A stretch of DNA of 64,000 nucleotides from positions 896,001 through 960,000 of the forward strand of contig CBDBDQ010000005.1 in NCBI GenBank assembly GCA_965203905.1, written 5' to 3'. The notes under the pieces were generated by a model. The model was not told the DNA's origin and did no database searches. It was given only the letters and a program-made list of their open reading frames with translations. Source of the DNA: Spirochaetia bacterium. GTDB lineage: Bacteria; Spirochaetota; Spirochaetia; SZUA-6; Bin103. Of the stretch, positions 38,285-47,857 are shown one piece after another (within the stretch, counting starts at the first letter, position 1; the number at the start of each line of letters is the position of its first letter). The position numbers and the translations under genes are program-made.

Positions 38285-39108
38285 CTGGCGCACGTCGGCC
38301 ACGATCTCGCTTCGTGGCGGCCGCGATCGCGCTCTGGTGCAGTGCCGCCATCGGGTTTGCAGGAGGCGACGAAGAGCTTGCCGGTTATGAACCTTCCCCG
38401 GCGGCGGCAGGCCTGGTGGCCGAGTACGAACGCTACCACGAGCGGGCGGTGCAGGCCGCCCCCAGCCGAGAGCAGGTGACCGGCGACACGCAGCGCTGGC
38501 TGGAGCGCGCCGAGACGGTGGAAGACGATCCGCCGGCGCGGCACTACCTGCTGGCCCGAGTGGAGTACGAGGCTTACAACCTCCTGTGGTGGAGCGGCCC
38601 GGCCGGCACCTATCTGCAGCGCGCGCACGAACACATCCGCCGGTTTGCGGAGCTGAACGTCGCGTACGCGCCCGGCTTCGCCCTGTACGGCTCGATCCTC
38701 GGACGGATGATAGCGGCCAATCCGCCCAACGCCCTGGCGTACGCCGGTACCGCCGAGCAGGTGACCAGGCTCGCCCTGGAACTGGACCCCGGCAACCAGA
38801 TGGCGCGCCTCACCCTCGGGCTCGCGCTTCTCAACACCCCCGAGGCCTTCGGTGGCGATCCCGAGCGGGGGGTTGAGGAGCTTCGCACCGCGTTCGCCGG
38901 CGAGGGACCGGCGCTGCGCAGTCTTGCCGGCGTGTGGCTGGCCGTTGCCTACGCGCGGCTCGGTCGCAACGACGAGGCCGCCGAGGCGATCGCCCAGGTC
39001 CTCGACCTCGCACCGGGTTTTCTCCCGGCCCGGGCTACCGCCGAGGCGCTGGCGCAAGGCGTGGAGCCGCTGGAGTACTGGCGGCAGATTCGGGAGCGCG
39101 CCAACTGA
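38281..39108 (+). CDS. Secreted tetratricopeptide-repeat protein
   Basis: Signal peptide; ALELDPGN, LAVAYARLGRNDEAAEAIAQVLDLAPGF; ATGA-coupled to livF. Confidence 0.7.
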   Translation: MTGARRPRSRFVAAAIALWCSAAIGFAGGDEELAGYEPSPAAAGLVAEYERYHERAVQAAPSREQVTGDTQRWLERAETVEDDPPARHYLLARVEYEAYNLLWWSGPAGTYLQRAHEHIRRFAELNVAYAPGFALYGSILGRMIAANPPNALAYAGTAEQVTRLALELDPGNQMARLTLGLALLNTPEAFGGDPERGVEELRTAFAGEGPALRSLAGVWLAVAYARLGRNDEAAEAIAQVLDLAPGFLPARATAEALAQGVEPLEYWRQIRERAN

Positions 39109-39210
39109 CGGCGCCGCGCTCAGCCCTTGTCAGTCTGAGCACCTGATTGCGTTGCCGGCAGGCGCGGTGGTTGCGCCGGTGCTGGTCCGGCGTAGGTTGC
39201 TCGGCAACAG

Positions 39211-40227
39211 CTACTTGGTGGGGTCGTCGCTCACCTGCACCAGCAGCTTGCCGAAGTTGGCGCCCTCCAGCATGCCGAGGAATGCAGCCGGGGCGTTCTC
39301 CAGTCCGACGACTACCTGTTCCTTGTACTTGAGCGTGCCGCTGCGCACCCACGTCGCCAGCAGCGCCAGCGCCTCCTCGTGGCGGTCGGCGAACTCGCCC
39401 TGGTTGAAACCGCGCATGGTGGCGCGCCGGGCGTGGATGAAGCGGCTCAGGTGCGGACCGGTCCATTCGCAGCCAAGCGTGTCGTTGTACTCGGCGATGG
39501 CCCCGCACAGCGACAGCCGGGCGCCCAGGGCGAGGTGGGCGGCGACCGCGTCGATCACGCTGCCACCCACGTTGTCGAAGTAGACGTCGATGCCGTCGGG
39601 GCAGGCGGCGGCGAGTGCCGCGGACAGGTCGCCGCTCTTGTAGTTGACGCAGGCGTCGAACTGCAGCTCGTCCACCACGTAGGCGCACTTCTCGGCGCTG
39701 CCGGCGATGCCGACGGCGCGGCAGCCCTTCATCCTGGCGAGCTGGCCGACCACCGCGCCCACCGCACCCGAGGCGGCGGACACCACCACGGTCTCGCCGG
39801 CGACCGGCCTGCCCACTTCCAGCAGGCCGAAGTAGGCGGTGACGCCGGGCATGCCGACCACGCCCAGGGCGGTGGTGATCGGTACCAGATCCGGGTCCAG
39901 CACACGGAGCTGCGACCCCGCGACCGCGCCGTAACTCTGCCAGCCGTAGCCGCCCACGTACTGGCACACGAGCTGTCCCGGCTCGAAGCCGGCGGCGTTC
40001 GAAGCCACCACTTCGCCCACCACCCCGCCGACCATCACCTCGCCGACCGCCTCGGGCGCACCCATGCGGCCGCGCATGTAGGGATCGAGCGACAGGTAGA
40101 TGGTGCGCACCAGGACCTCCCCCGCCTGCGGTTCCGGCAGCGGTCCTGCGATCAGTTCCAGGTCGTCAAGGCTCGGCTTGCCCGCCACCAGCCGGCGCAG
40201 CACCACTTTCTTGTTCGTTGCCGCCAT
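39211..40227 (-). CDS. NADP-dependent oxidoreductase (prostaglandin reductase/CurA-like MDR)
   Basis: YLSLDPYMRGRM, GMPGVTAYFG, SAASGAVG, DVYFDNVGG, NFGK. Confidence 0.92.
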   Translation of the reverse strand: MAATNKKVVLRRLVAGKPSLDDLELIAGPLPEPQAGEVLVRTIYLSLDPYMRGRMGAPEAVGEVMVGGVVGEVVASNAAGFEPGQLVCQYVGGYGWQSYGAVAGSQLRVLDPDLVPITTALGVVGMPGVTAYFGLLEVGRPVAGETVVVSAASGAVGAVVGQLARMKGCRAVGIAGSAEKCAYVVDELQFDACVNYKSGDLSAALAAACPDGIDVYFDNVGGSVIDAVAAHLALGARLSLCGAIAEYNDTLGCEWTGPHLSRFIHARRATMRGFNQGEFADRHEEALALLATWVRSGTLKYKEQVVVGLENAPAAFLGMLEGANFGKLLVQVSDDPTK

Positions 40228-40296
40228 TGGCCCTCCTCGCGCCGCGGCCGTCGCTCCACTGAAGCTGCCGGGCAGCAGCGCCATTTCATGACGAGA

Positions 40297-40491
40297 TTAT
40301 GCCCCACGATCACCGAGTCGGTCCGCCGCCGTCCGGTTCGGACTGGGCGAGCGCGCTTCGACCTCCGCCCAGCGTTCGTCGGCCAGCCCGGCACGTCGGC
40401 CGGCCGCGGCCAGCGACAGGCAGAGTGCGCGCAGTTGGCTCATGCGCTGCAACCGCACGGTTACCGCCTGCGCGGACATATCCACCTTCAC
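40297..40491 (-). CDS. Small partner protein downstream of nucleotidyltransferase remnant
   Basis: MKVDMSAQAVTVRLQRMSQLRALCLSL; GTGA overlap with upstream remnant. Confidence 0.5.
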   Translation of the reverse strand: MKVDMSAQAVTVRLQRMSQLRALCLSLAAAGRRAGLADERWAEVEARSPSPNRTAADRLGDRGA

Positions 40492-40706
40492 TCCGTCTTC
40501 CCCGTCAGCCGCTTGATGCCGTCGTGATCCTGCCCGCAGCCGCGCAACCGTTTCAACGCCACCAGCCCGGCGCGCGACACCGTTCCGATGGCGCCGTGGT
40601 TCACGCGACGCGCCGGCGGGACTGCCACACGCTTTCCAGGGCCGGCGTAACGTGCAGCAGGTCGACCATCAGAACGTCCTCCGTGTCGGGCTCCGGCTTC
40701 ACCAAC
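40488..40706 (-). pseudogene. C-terminal fragment of nucleotidyltransferase-like gene (frameshifted)
   Basis: DVLMVDLLHVTPALESVWQSRR / VSRAGLVALKRLRGCGQDHDGIKRL (K...QD motif). Confidence 0.55.
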
Positions 40707-41500
40707 CGCGAGATGGTCACCGCCCCGCCGGCGAAGCTCGCGCGCGCCCTGCATCAGGCGGGCGCCGCCGGCCGGCAGGTCGTAGGAGAGCAGCCGCAGC
40801 AGGGGAAAGGTGCTGTCCCTGACCGGAATCCTCCGCCAGGATGGCGGCGCGCACCGCGGGGTCGCGCAGTCTGGCCACCCTGGCGGGCAGCGGCAGCCCG
40901 GTCAGCCCCCGGAACGTCGGGCAGCCCGAGAACGGCGTCTGGCTGGCCTGCAGACCGAGCAGCACGCCGATCGCGCGCGGCGCCACCACCGGGCGAATCG
41001 GCACCCCGCGCGCCGCCACCTGCCGGTTGAGGGCGAGGATCGCGCGGTAGTCGTCCGGCTGTTCGTGGTACTGAGTCAGCGAGTAGAGCACCGCCCGGCG
41101 GCTGCGTTCCGCGATCCGGCACAGCATCGCGAACTCCTCGGCCGGGTTCGGCTGGATCCACTCGGTGACCACTTCCAGCAGCCCGCGGCCGCCCTCCCGC
41201 ACCCCCTGTGCCAACCCCTGGAGCTCCTCCTCGTAGGCGCGCAGGGTGGGGTATGAACTCGCCATTCAGGCTGCGGTGGCTGTCCCAGCACGCCTGGGCG
41301 TCGTAGTGGGTGTGGATGTCGACAAACCCGGGCGTCACCCGCAACCCGCCGGCGTCGATCTCCTCCACACCCGCGCCCAGCCCGCTTCCGACCGCCGCGA
41401 TCCTCCCGTCATGCACCGCGACGTCGGCGGCGAACGGCTCGGCGCCGGTGCCGTCCACGACGGTCCCGCCGCGCACGATCAGGTCATACTGCGTTGCAAT
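40707..41500 (-). pseudogene. N-acyl-D-amino-acid deacylase/amidohydrolase with large internal deletions
   Basis: YDLIVRGGTVVDGTG...PGFVDIHTHYD; middle block PVVAPRAIG; C-terminal YDLPAGGARLMQ; ATT where the start is expected after GGAGG. Confidence 0.85.
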
Positions 41501-41626
41501 ACCCCCTCCGCTCCGGCAGGCGCGCCAGCCACGTCAGCCCGCTCGGCGACAGTAGATCATCCCGCCCCGCGGCCATCGAATCAAACACCTCGGTGACTCA
41601 AACGCGCTCGCGCAGAGCCTTGGCCC

Positions 41627-41693
41627 CGGGGATGCGCAACGGGGAATCGCTGGCCGTGGCGGAGAACCTGTTCAACGCGCTCATAACGATGGA
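41627..41693 (+). repeat. Diverged copy of DUF5615 internal fragment (source 49496-49562)
   Basis: ggggatgcgcaacggggaat.gctggccgtggcggag...ctcataacgatgga. Confidence 0.85.
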
Positions 41694-41740
41694 ATAGCTA
41701 TCCCAAGCGGTGGGTGGTGTCATTCATCCCGTCTGTATAC

Positions 41741-41770
41741 TTGACAAATTTCCTAGACAATGCTAAATAA
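41741..41770 (+). promoter_or_regulatory. Putative sigma70 promoter of second AbiE module
   Basis: TTGACA at 41741 followed by AT-rich TGCTAAATAAAT, about 10 nt before ATG 41779. Confidence 0.45.
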
Positions 41771-41778
41771 ATGCCACT

Positions 41779-42615
41779 ATGTCGACCGATCATCAAACGA
41801 ACGACCCCGTCAGGCTCAACCATTTTCTGCAGCGGCACGCGGTGTTCACGGTCGACGAACTGGACCGGTTTCTGTCCGACCGGGGGTCACGCAACACGAG
41901 TACGCGCAGTTCGCTGTTGGCCTACCACCGCAAGCAGGGTCGCATCCTCCACGTGCGGCGCGGCCTGTATGCGACCGTGCCCTGGGGCATGGACCCGGCC
42001 TCCATGACGGTCGATCCCTATCTAGTCGCTGCCAAGATGACCGAGGACGCGGTATTGGCCTACCACACGGCACTGGAATTCCACGGCAGAGCGTACTCCG
42101 TGCATTGGAGGCTGGTCTACGTATCGGCGAGCAAGTCGCTTCCGCTCACCTTCCAGTCTCATGGATTCCGAGGCGCACCCGTTCCACCACCGCTGCTGGC
42201 GAGCGGCCAGGAAATGTTCGGTGTCACCGGCCACAATCGCTCAGGAGTGCAACTCCGAGTGACCAACCACGAACGAACCCTGGTCGATGTGCTGGACCGT
42301 CCCGACCTGACCGGTAGCTGGGAAGAGATATGGCGCTCTTTGGAGTCGGTGGAATTCTTCAGCCTGGATCAGGTCGTCGAGTATACCCGGCTGCTGGAGA
42401 ATGCGACCACCGCCGCAAAGGTGGGGTTCTTCCTCGAGCAGCACCGGGAGCCGTTGATGGTGGAAGAGGCGCATCTCGATGCGTTGCGCGAACTCCGCCC
42501 GCAGCAACCCCATTATCTGGCGCGGGCAAGGCGCAAGGGCTGCCAGTGGGTCAAAGGCTGGAACCTCATGATCCCGTCCGAGATCCTGAACCGGTCCTGG
42601 GGGGAGGTGCTGTGA
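41779..42615 (+). CDS. abiEi: Type IV TA antitoxin AbiEi-like transcriptional regulator
   Basis: HVRRGLY, LAYHTALEFHG, VTNHERTLVDVLDRPDL, KVGFFLE. Confidence 0.85.
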   Translation: MSTDHQTNDPVRLNHFLQRHAVFTVDELDRFLSDRGSRNTSTRSSLLAYHRKQGRILHVRRGLYATVPWGMDPASMTVDPYLVAAKMTEDAVLAYHTALEFHGRAYSVHWRLVYVSASKSLPLTFQSHGFRGAPVPPPLLASGQEMFGVTGHNRSGVQLRVTNHERTLVDVLDRPDLTGSWEEIWRSLESVEFFSLDQVVEYTRLLENATTAAKVGFFLEQHREPLMVEEAHLDALRELRPQQPHYLARARRKGCQWVKGWNLMIPSEILNRSWGEVL

Positions 42616-43583
42616 GATTCTCCACGGCGGAAATCCTGCCCATAGCCAGACCCGACGGGTTCGACGAGGGTACGGTCGAGAAAGTCCTCCATCTGGTGCA
42701 TCTCCTGAACGTCCTGAACTCTCACCCTGCGCTGAGAGGGAAGTGGGTCCTGAAGGGCGGCACCGCCTTGAACCTGTTCGTCCTGCGCCATCCGAGGCTG
42801 TCCGTAGACATCGACCTCAACTACATCGGCGCGCTGGCGCGCGAGGACATGCTGGCGGACCGTCCCAAGATCGAGCAGGCGGCCCACGCAGTGTTTTCCC
42901 GTGAAGGGTTCGCCGTTCGGAGGGTGCCGAGCGAACACGCCGGCGGAAAGTGGCGGCTGAGCTACCCGAGCTTCACCGGGCAGCCCGCAAACCTCGACGT
43001 GGATTTCAACTTCATGTACAGACAGCCGCTCTGGGAGGTTCACCATGCCGATTCTCACCCGCTCGGGGAGTTTCAAGCCAAGGGTATTCCTGTTCTCGAC
43101 CTGCACGAACTCGCGGCCGGCAAGCTCTCGGCGCTATTCTCGCGCCGACAGGCGAGAGACCTGTTCGATTGCCATCGCGTTCTCGATACCGACGAACTCC
43201 AGCCCGAATGGCTCCGCATCGCCTTCGTTGCCTACGGGGGTATGAACCGCAAGGATTGGCGGACCGTCTCGGTCGACGATGTGGACTTCGACAGCACGGA
43301 ATTGGCGAGGCAACTCGGTCCCGCCCTTCGCACCCGCCAACCGCCAGAGCAGAAGACATTGGCGGAGTACGGGGCGCGTCTTGTCGACGAGTGCAGGAGG
43401 GCGCTTTCCATCGTGCTCCCATTCACCGACGCCGAGCGCGCATTCCTGGACCTGCTGCTGGACCGAGGGGAAGTCGACGCATCGATCTTGACGTCTGACA
43501 TGACCCTGCGGGAGCGCATCCAGGCCCAGCCGCTGCTCGAGTGGAAGGCGCTCAATGTGCGGCGGCACAGGGGACTATCCTGA
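42612..43583 (+). CDS. abiEii: AbiEii/AbiGii nucleotidyltransferase toxin
   Basis: GTGA overlap; VEKV, LKGGTALN...RLSVDIDLN, AGKLSAL, RDLFD. Confidence 0.9.
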   Translation: MRFSTAEILPIARPDGFDEGTVEKVLHLVHLLNVLNSHPALRGKWVLKGGTALNLFVLRHPRLSVDIDLNYIGALAREDMLADRPKIEQAAHAVFSREGFAVRRVPSEHAGGKWRLSYPSFTGQPANLDVDFNFMYRQPLWEVHHADSHPLGEFQAKGIPVLDLHELAAGKLSALFSRRQARDLFDCHRVLDTDELQPEWLRIAFVAYGGMNRKDWRTVSVDDVDFDSTELARQLGPALRTRQPPEQKTLAEYGARLVDECRRALSIVLPFTDAERAFLDLLLDRGEVDASILTSDMTLRERIQAQPLLEWKALNVRRHRGLS

Positions 43584-43779
43584 ACTTGGACGCTTGTCGG
43601 TCAACCGACGGGGTCGCGGCGAAGCAACCGCATCAAGCGGAGTAAACCGCACCGGGAGCAGCGCAGAATCGTCCTGCGAAGGACGCCGGGATCAGCAGCA
43701 GCATGCGGCGGATGGCTGTGGCGCCACGAGAAGGTGGGCCGCACCCAATCGATTTGCGATCAGGCCGAACGCGCCTCAT

Positions 43780-44114
43780 TCAGTGGGTTCGTTCCAGCTT
43801 CTGCAGGGCCTTACGGGCGTGCTCGGCGGCGCGTGCGCCTACTCCGCCGGCCACCGCGCCACCGCCGCCGCGCAGGCCCGGGTCGAGCGGGTCGAGCAGG
43901 GTCGCGCAACGCGTCGCCCACCATGTTCAGGCAGTACACCACCAGCGTCAGCGCCACCCCCGGCCACATCGCCAGCCGCGGCGCCATCTCCATGTACTGC
44001 CGCCCCTCACGGCTCAGCAGCGTGCCCCAGCTCGGCAGTCCGGCGGCAGCCCGAACCCCAGAAAGCTCAACGACGCCTCCGCGATGATCGCCCAGCCGAT
44101 CGTGATCGAGTAGA
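43780..44114 (-). repeat. Diverged copy of peptide permease (dppC-like) 3' end (source 49778-50100)
   Basis: Alignable over about 330 bp including the stop codon, with small indels. Confidence 0.92.
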
Positions 44115-44219
44115 GGGATTCCTCGAATACGCCCTTTCGGAAGCGCTCGAAGTCCACACCCCGAGAAGCACGCGCTCTGATCCGCGTCTTGCTGGATGAA
44201 CACCTCGACTGGCGTCTGG
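44113..44219 (+). repeat. Copy of DUF433/DUF5615 junction (source 49337-49441)
   Basis: gagggattcctcgaatacgccctttcggaagcgctcga...gatgaacacctcgactggcgtctgg. Confidence 0.92.
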
Positions 44220-44245
44220 GGTGCGCGCCGGTCTGCTGCCGCCCG

Positions 44246-44430
44246 TCAGGCGAGGATCTCTGTGGGAGTTACGACCCGGCCCGCGAATCGGTCGAGGAAG
44301 TGGTCACGGTCCCAGGTCACGAGCGTGGTCACGAATGCCATGTGCTTGGCGGGCAGTCAACAGGAACTGTACAGGAACTGGGTGCCACCGAGAGACATCC
44401 GCTGTTGAAGAAGCGCGAACAGCTCTCCGA
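44246..44430 (-). pseudogene. C-terminal PIN-domain fragment
   Basis: Manual translation LVTWDRDHFLDRFAGRVVTPTEILA* with an upstream in-frame stop. Confidence 0.5.
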
Positions 44431-44512
44431 CGCCCATCTTCGGGACCGACGCGACGAACGGGACCGTGAGACGAACCTTCACCATGCTCGATGCGTCGTG
44501 CCGCGCTTGTCG

Positions 44513-44770
44513 CTACTTGTCCACCTTGGCAACCAGCGGGTACCTCTCCGGATGCTGAATGCGATCAACGTCAAGGTCTACGTCGAGGTCGGGCCAGTGG
44601 AAGTGCCCATCCCGCTCTTCGATGACATTGAACACCTGATCCACGGAAGCCCGCCGAAACCACGGAAAACAATCGTGGTCCAGGAACAACTCGGTGTCAC
44701 GCCATGCCAGCCATAGGCCGGCCGGAGTGAGCTGCACAACCTCAGCTCGCGAAGTGCTGATTCCAGGCAT
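44513..44770 (-). CDS. DUF2442 family protein (putative antitoxin)
   Basis: FPWFRRAS...HFHWPDLDVDL...HPERYPL; AGGAGGAG RBS. Confidence 0.88.
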   Translation of the reverse strand: MPGISTSRAEVVQLTPAGLWLAWRDTELFLDHDCFPWFRRASVDQVFNVIEERDGHFHWPDLDVDLDVDRIQHPERYPLVAKVDK

Positions 44771-44835
44771 TTACAATCTCCTCCTTTCGTCGCTCGATGA
44801 TTCGCTGGATCTCTCTCGATTCGTGGGCGCTGATG
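44742..44835 (-). pseudogene. 3' remnant of DUF4160 gene
   Basis: Manual translation HESREIQRIIERRKEEIVNAWNQHFAS*, overlapping the DUF2442 start as in DUF4160-DUF2442 pairs. Confidence 0.65.
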
Positions 44836-44995
44836 CCTCTTTGGTGGTTGCCACAGTTGCCTCGGAGCATATTCCGCTTCCAGTCGTGACCTGGATCCGT
44901 TCAGTCTGCAACGGCCGGGCCAACCCTACGGCTGCAAGCGGCCCGAGGTTGATCATGGTTCCCGTAGCGCCAGTGTCCAGGGCGAGAACGCCGGC

Positions 44996-45572
44996 TCACG
45001 ATGCTGGTCCGTCTCCGTGCGATGCGCGCAACGCTCTCAATCGCGCCAGAGTGTCCGGCGCTTCCTTCAACTCGCACAGCGGTTGCAACTCGGCTTCAAC
45101 CAAGGCCCAGTCGAGCCGGCGGCCCATGCGTAGCACTATGCCTTCAATATCCGCCCAGTCACGCGAGCGATCAGCAAATGCTTTGAGCGTTATCAGGTCT
45201 TCCGCCGAGCAGGTGTTCAGACAGGCCGCCGGCAGGAATTGGTGGTAGGTCGCTCGTTCGACTACGCGCTGCTCGAACGGCAGTACCAAGGGAGATGTCG
45301 ATCGGAATGCGGCGCGTGGACTGGAGCAGGAGCACCCGGGTTCGTTCTGCAAATTCCGCGGCGTCCGCAATGCGTCCAGGAAACGCGCGGCAGAGCTGTT
45401 CGATATACGCCGTCTCGTCGCCGAACCCGGTAAGGATGGTGAGATCCACGTCCCCGGTGAGGCGTGGCTCCCCCCACCGCTGCAGCGCCAAGCCACCGAT
45501 GAAGCAGAATTTCCAGCCGCGCTCCCGGCAGAACGACTGGATGTCATTCGCCAGGCGAAAGAGGTCGCGCAT
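44996..45572 (-). pseudogene. Nucleotidyltransferase with one frameshift near 45285
   Basis: FIGGLALQRWGEPRLTGDVD in one frame; LPFEQ...SAEDLITLKAFADRSRDWAD in another. Confidence 0.8.
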
Positions 45573-45789
45573 CCCGGATTCTGGCAAACATCGCCTGCTG
45601 CTGCACCAGCCCGGAGGTGGTGCGCACAGGACCCGCGAGCGTCGCTTCGAACGCACCATCAAGTGCATCGATGTGGTCGGCCACTTCGACGTCGCGGAGT
45701 TCGGACCGTCTCAGCGCCGCCAGCCTGGCGCCGGCGACACGCCACCGTTCGACGAACCCGCGCAATTCGCCGTCAAGATCGCCCGCCAT
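45544..45789 (-). CDS. Small hypothetical partner upstream of nucleotidyltransferase
   Basis: FVERWRVAGARLAALRRSEL...TSGLVQQQAMFARIR; overlaps the NTase start. Confidence 0.6.
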   Translation of the reverse strand: MAGDLDGELRGFVERWRVAGARLAALRRSELRDVEVADHIDALDGAFEATLAGPVRTTSGLVQQQAMFARIRDARPLSPGE

Positions 45790-45870
45790 GAGAGGCAGTG
45801 TACGGGTTTCCGATCAGGTCCGACAACAATCCGAATTGTCTCACGTCTTGAGCGATCAAGTGACGCGGCA

Positions 45871-45932
45871 GCTCAGCGCGATCGTTCCAGCTTCTGCAGG
45901 GCCTTGGTGGCGCGCTCGGCGGTGCGCACGCC
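45871..45932 (-). repeat. Short copy of the extreme 3' end of the dppC-like gene (source 49776-49837)
   Basis: gctcagcg.gatcgttccagcttctgcagggcctt.gtggcgcgctcggcgg. Confidence 0.85.
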
Positions 45933-45959
45933 ACACGTGACGCAGCAGCGTCCGAGGCG

Positions 45960-46081
45960 GGGTCCAGCGCGGCCCTCGCGGTGGCAAAGAACTGCTTCCG
46001 GTCCGCCGCGGCGCCGCGGGCGGCGCCATAGGAGATCTCGGACACTTCGAGATTCGTCCGTCCCAGTGGTCGTTGGAGCAT
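45960..46081 (-). pseudogene. N-terminal fragment of aldo/keto reductase
   Basis: MLQRPLGRTNLEVSEISYG...ARAALD, then loss of similarity. Confidence 0.65.
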
Positions 46082-46085
46082 GTGG

Positions 46086-46352
46086 TCATCTCTTGTCGGC
46101 AGCGCGCGCCTGGACGGTGCAGAAGACGCGCTGCGGCGTCACGTTGAACAGCGGGTCCGGCTGCTCGTTGGCGCGCAACTCGCGACGGGCGATGGGCAAT
46201 CCCGCTCCCCATCTCTGCACGAGGTTGAGGACCCTCATCGCCTCCGCCAGCAGCGGGTTGCGGTACGCAACGAAGCTCGGCTGTCCGAAATTCTCCGCCG
46301 ACACCTCTCCGTAGGGACCGCCCGGACTGTTGATTTCGATCCGGTCGTCAAC
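46086..46352 (-). pseudogene. C-terminal fragment of AlbA/RecG-C (HATPase_c_4) ATP-binding protein
   Basis: DDRIEINSPGGPYG...YRNPLLAEAMRVLNLVQRWGAGL. Confidence 0.75.
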
Positions 46353-46365
46353 CCGGTACCGCGCT

Positions 46366-46761
46366 TCAGATGGTGGTGACCAGGGCGGCGTCCCGGATGC
46401 GGCGGTCGTTGGTGAGCAGGGCGGCGCCGTGTACGTGCGCGCTCGCGACGATGATCCGGTCGGCCGGATCGCGGTGAAACGAGTCAGGCAGCGCCGCCAC
46501 CTCGGACGCGATGGATGGAGAAAGTTCCACTACGCGCACCAGCGGAGCCGCCACCGCCCGCTCCAGCCAGTGGCGTAGCGGCCGGTCCAGGCGCAACCGC
46601 CCGAGACTCACCAGCGTGGCGATCTCCCACAGACTGATCGACGCCACCAGCAGTGGCCGTGCGGCGCTTGCCAACTCCACCGCATGGCGTTGCGCCGCGC
46701 TCAGGTCGTCCGGATGTGATACCCAGCGCACCAGGATGTGGGTGTCGAGGAGCGCCTTCAA
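46366..46761 (-). CDS. vapC: VapC-family PIN toxin
   Basis: ALLDTHIL, SISLWEI, HRDPADRII, LLTND; TTGA overlap with antitoxin. Confidence 0.9.
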   Translation of the reverse strand: MKALLDTHILVRWVSHPDDLSAAQRHAVELASAARPLLVASISLWEIATLVSLGRLRLDRPLRHWLERAVAAPLVRVVELSPSIASEVAALPDSFHRDPADRIIVASAHVHGAALLTNDRRIRDAALVTTI

Positions 46762-47006
46762 ACCTCGCCTGACTCGGCTTCCCACGCGGACGCAGGCAGC
46801 ACCGGCGACTCGATGTCACCGAGCACCTGGACGCTGCCGCGCAGTTCATCCTGAGGGTACCCCTGTTCCGGTAACAGCGGCGGCGTCAGCTGCGCCACCG
46901 GGTGCCCCCGTTTCAGAATCGTGATCGGCTCGCGGGTCGAGTTCACGTGGTCGAGCAGCGCCAAGCAGCGGGCCTTGAATTCCGATGCGTTGATCATTGT
47001 CATTAT
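46758..47006 (-). CDS. Phd/YefM-family antitoxin
   Basis: INASEFKARCLALLD...ITILKRGHPVAQL. Confidence 0.88.
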   Translation of the reverse strand: MMTMINASEFKARCLALLDHVNSTREPITILKRGHPVAQLTPPLLPEQGYPQDELRGSVQVLGDIESPVLPASAWEAESGEV

Positions 47007-47053
47007 GTGACCAGGATACATGACCAGTCATGTGGCGGTCAATCGGGCTGATG

Positions 47054-47154
47054 ATGCAGCGCCAGCAACACTTGCCCCGGTATGATCTGGCAGTGATTCT
47101 GCTTCCATCAGCGCATCAGCGAGCAATCGCCTGAAGGATACCGCGAGGATGGTT
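47054..47154 (+). repeat. Diverged copy of DUF5615 internal fragment (source 49570-49663)
   Basis: ccagcaacacttgccccggtatgatctggcagtgattct...ggataccgcgaggatggtt. Confidence 0.88.
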
Positions 47155-47162
47155 GTAGCCGA

Positions 47163-47301
47163 CAGCACGATCGCGCCGCTGACCGCGCACACCGGCCGCT
47201 CCCGGATCAGCCGGCGCAGCAGGTCGCGCAGGAACGACTGGCCCTGCGCCCCCGTCGCTTGCGGCGCGGTCACCTCACCCACTACCGATCCCTTACTTGT
47301 A
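47163..47301 (-). repeat. Copy of dppB stop / dppC 5' end (source 50627-50765)
   Basis: cagcacgatcgcgccgctgaccgcgc...cacctcacccactaccgatcccttacttgta; encodes MGEVTAPQ..GAQGQSFLRDLLRRLIRERPV. Confidence 0.92.
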
Positions 47302-47713
47302 GCTCCGGGTAGACGGCCTGGCAGAACCGCAAGACGGCAGTCAGGTTGGTGTCGATCACCCGCTGCCAGGTCTCGAACTGCACGGTGTGGGTGGGCTGAC
47401 CGCCATGACCCACGCCGGCGTTGTTGACCAGGATGTTGACGCCGCCGAGCTCGCGCACCGCGGTGTCCACGGTGGCGGTAATGTCTTCATGCTGCAGCAC
47501 ATCGCAGCGCACACCGATGCCGCGCCGCCTCATCGCCTCTACTTCGCTGACGACGGCAGCCGTCTTGTGCTCGTTGCGGGCTGCCACCACGATGTCTGCA
47601 CCGTGCGAGTGTGTTGCCCCATGCGAGACTCGTTCGACCTGACGGCCAGGGTGGCGATCGTTACCGGCGGCAACGGCGGCATTGGGCGGGCGATTGCCCT
47701 GGGGCGCGCCGGG
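47302..47713. pseudogene. Scrambled SDR gene: N-terminus on + strand, continuation on - strand
   Basis: + 47621: MRDSFDLTARVAIVTGGNGGIGRAIALG; - 47602 to 47302: GADIVVAARNEHKT...ILVNNAG...WQRVIDTNL. Confidence 0.75.
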
Positions 47714-47857
47714 ACAACTGCATCAACTGCATCCCCCACCATTACGCGCTGGATAAAGCGGGGCTGGCGGCTCACAAGACCCAGGAATCCCGTATGATGC
47801 GGCCATGAAAGTTGAGTGCACCGAGGGCCGGTACGCGTTCGCTACCGGGAGCGACTG

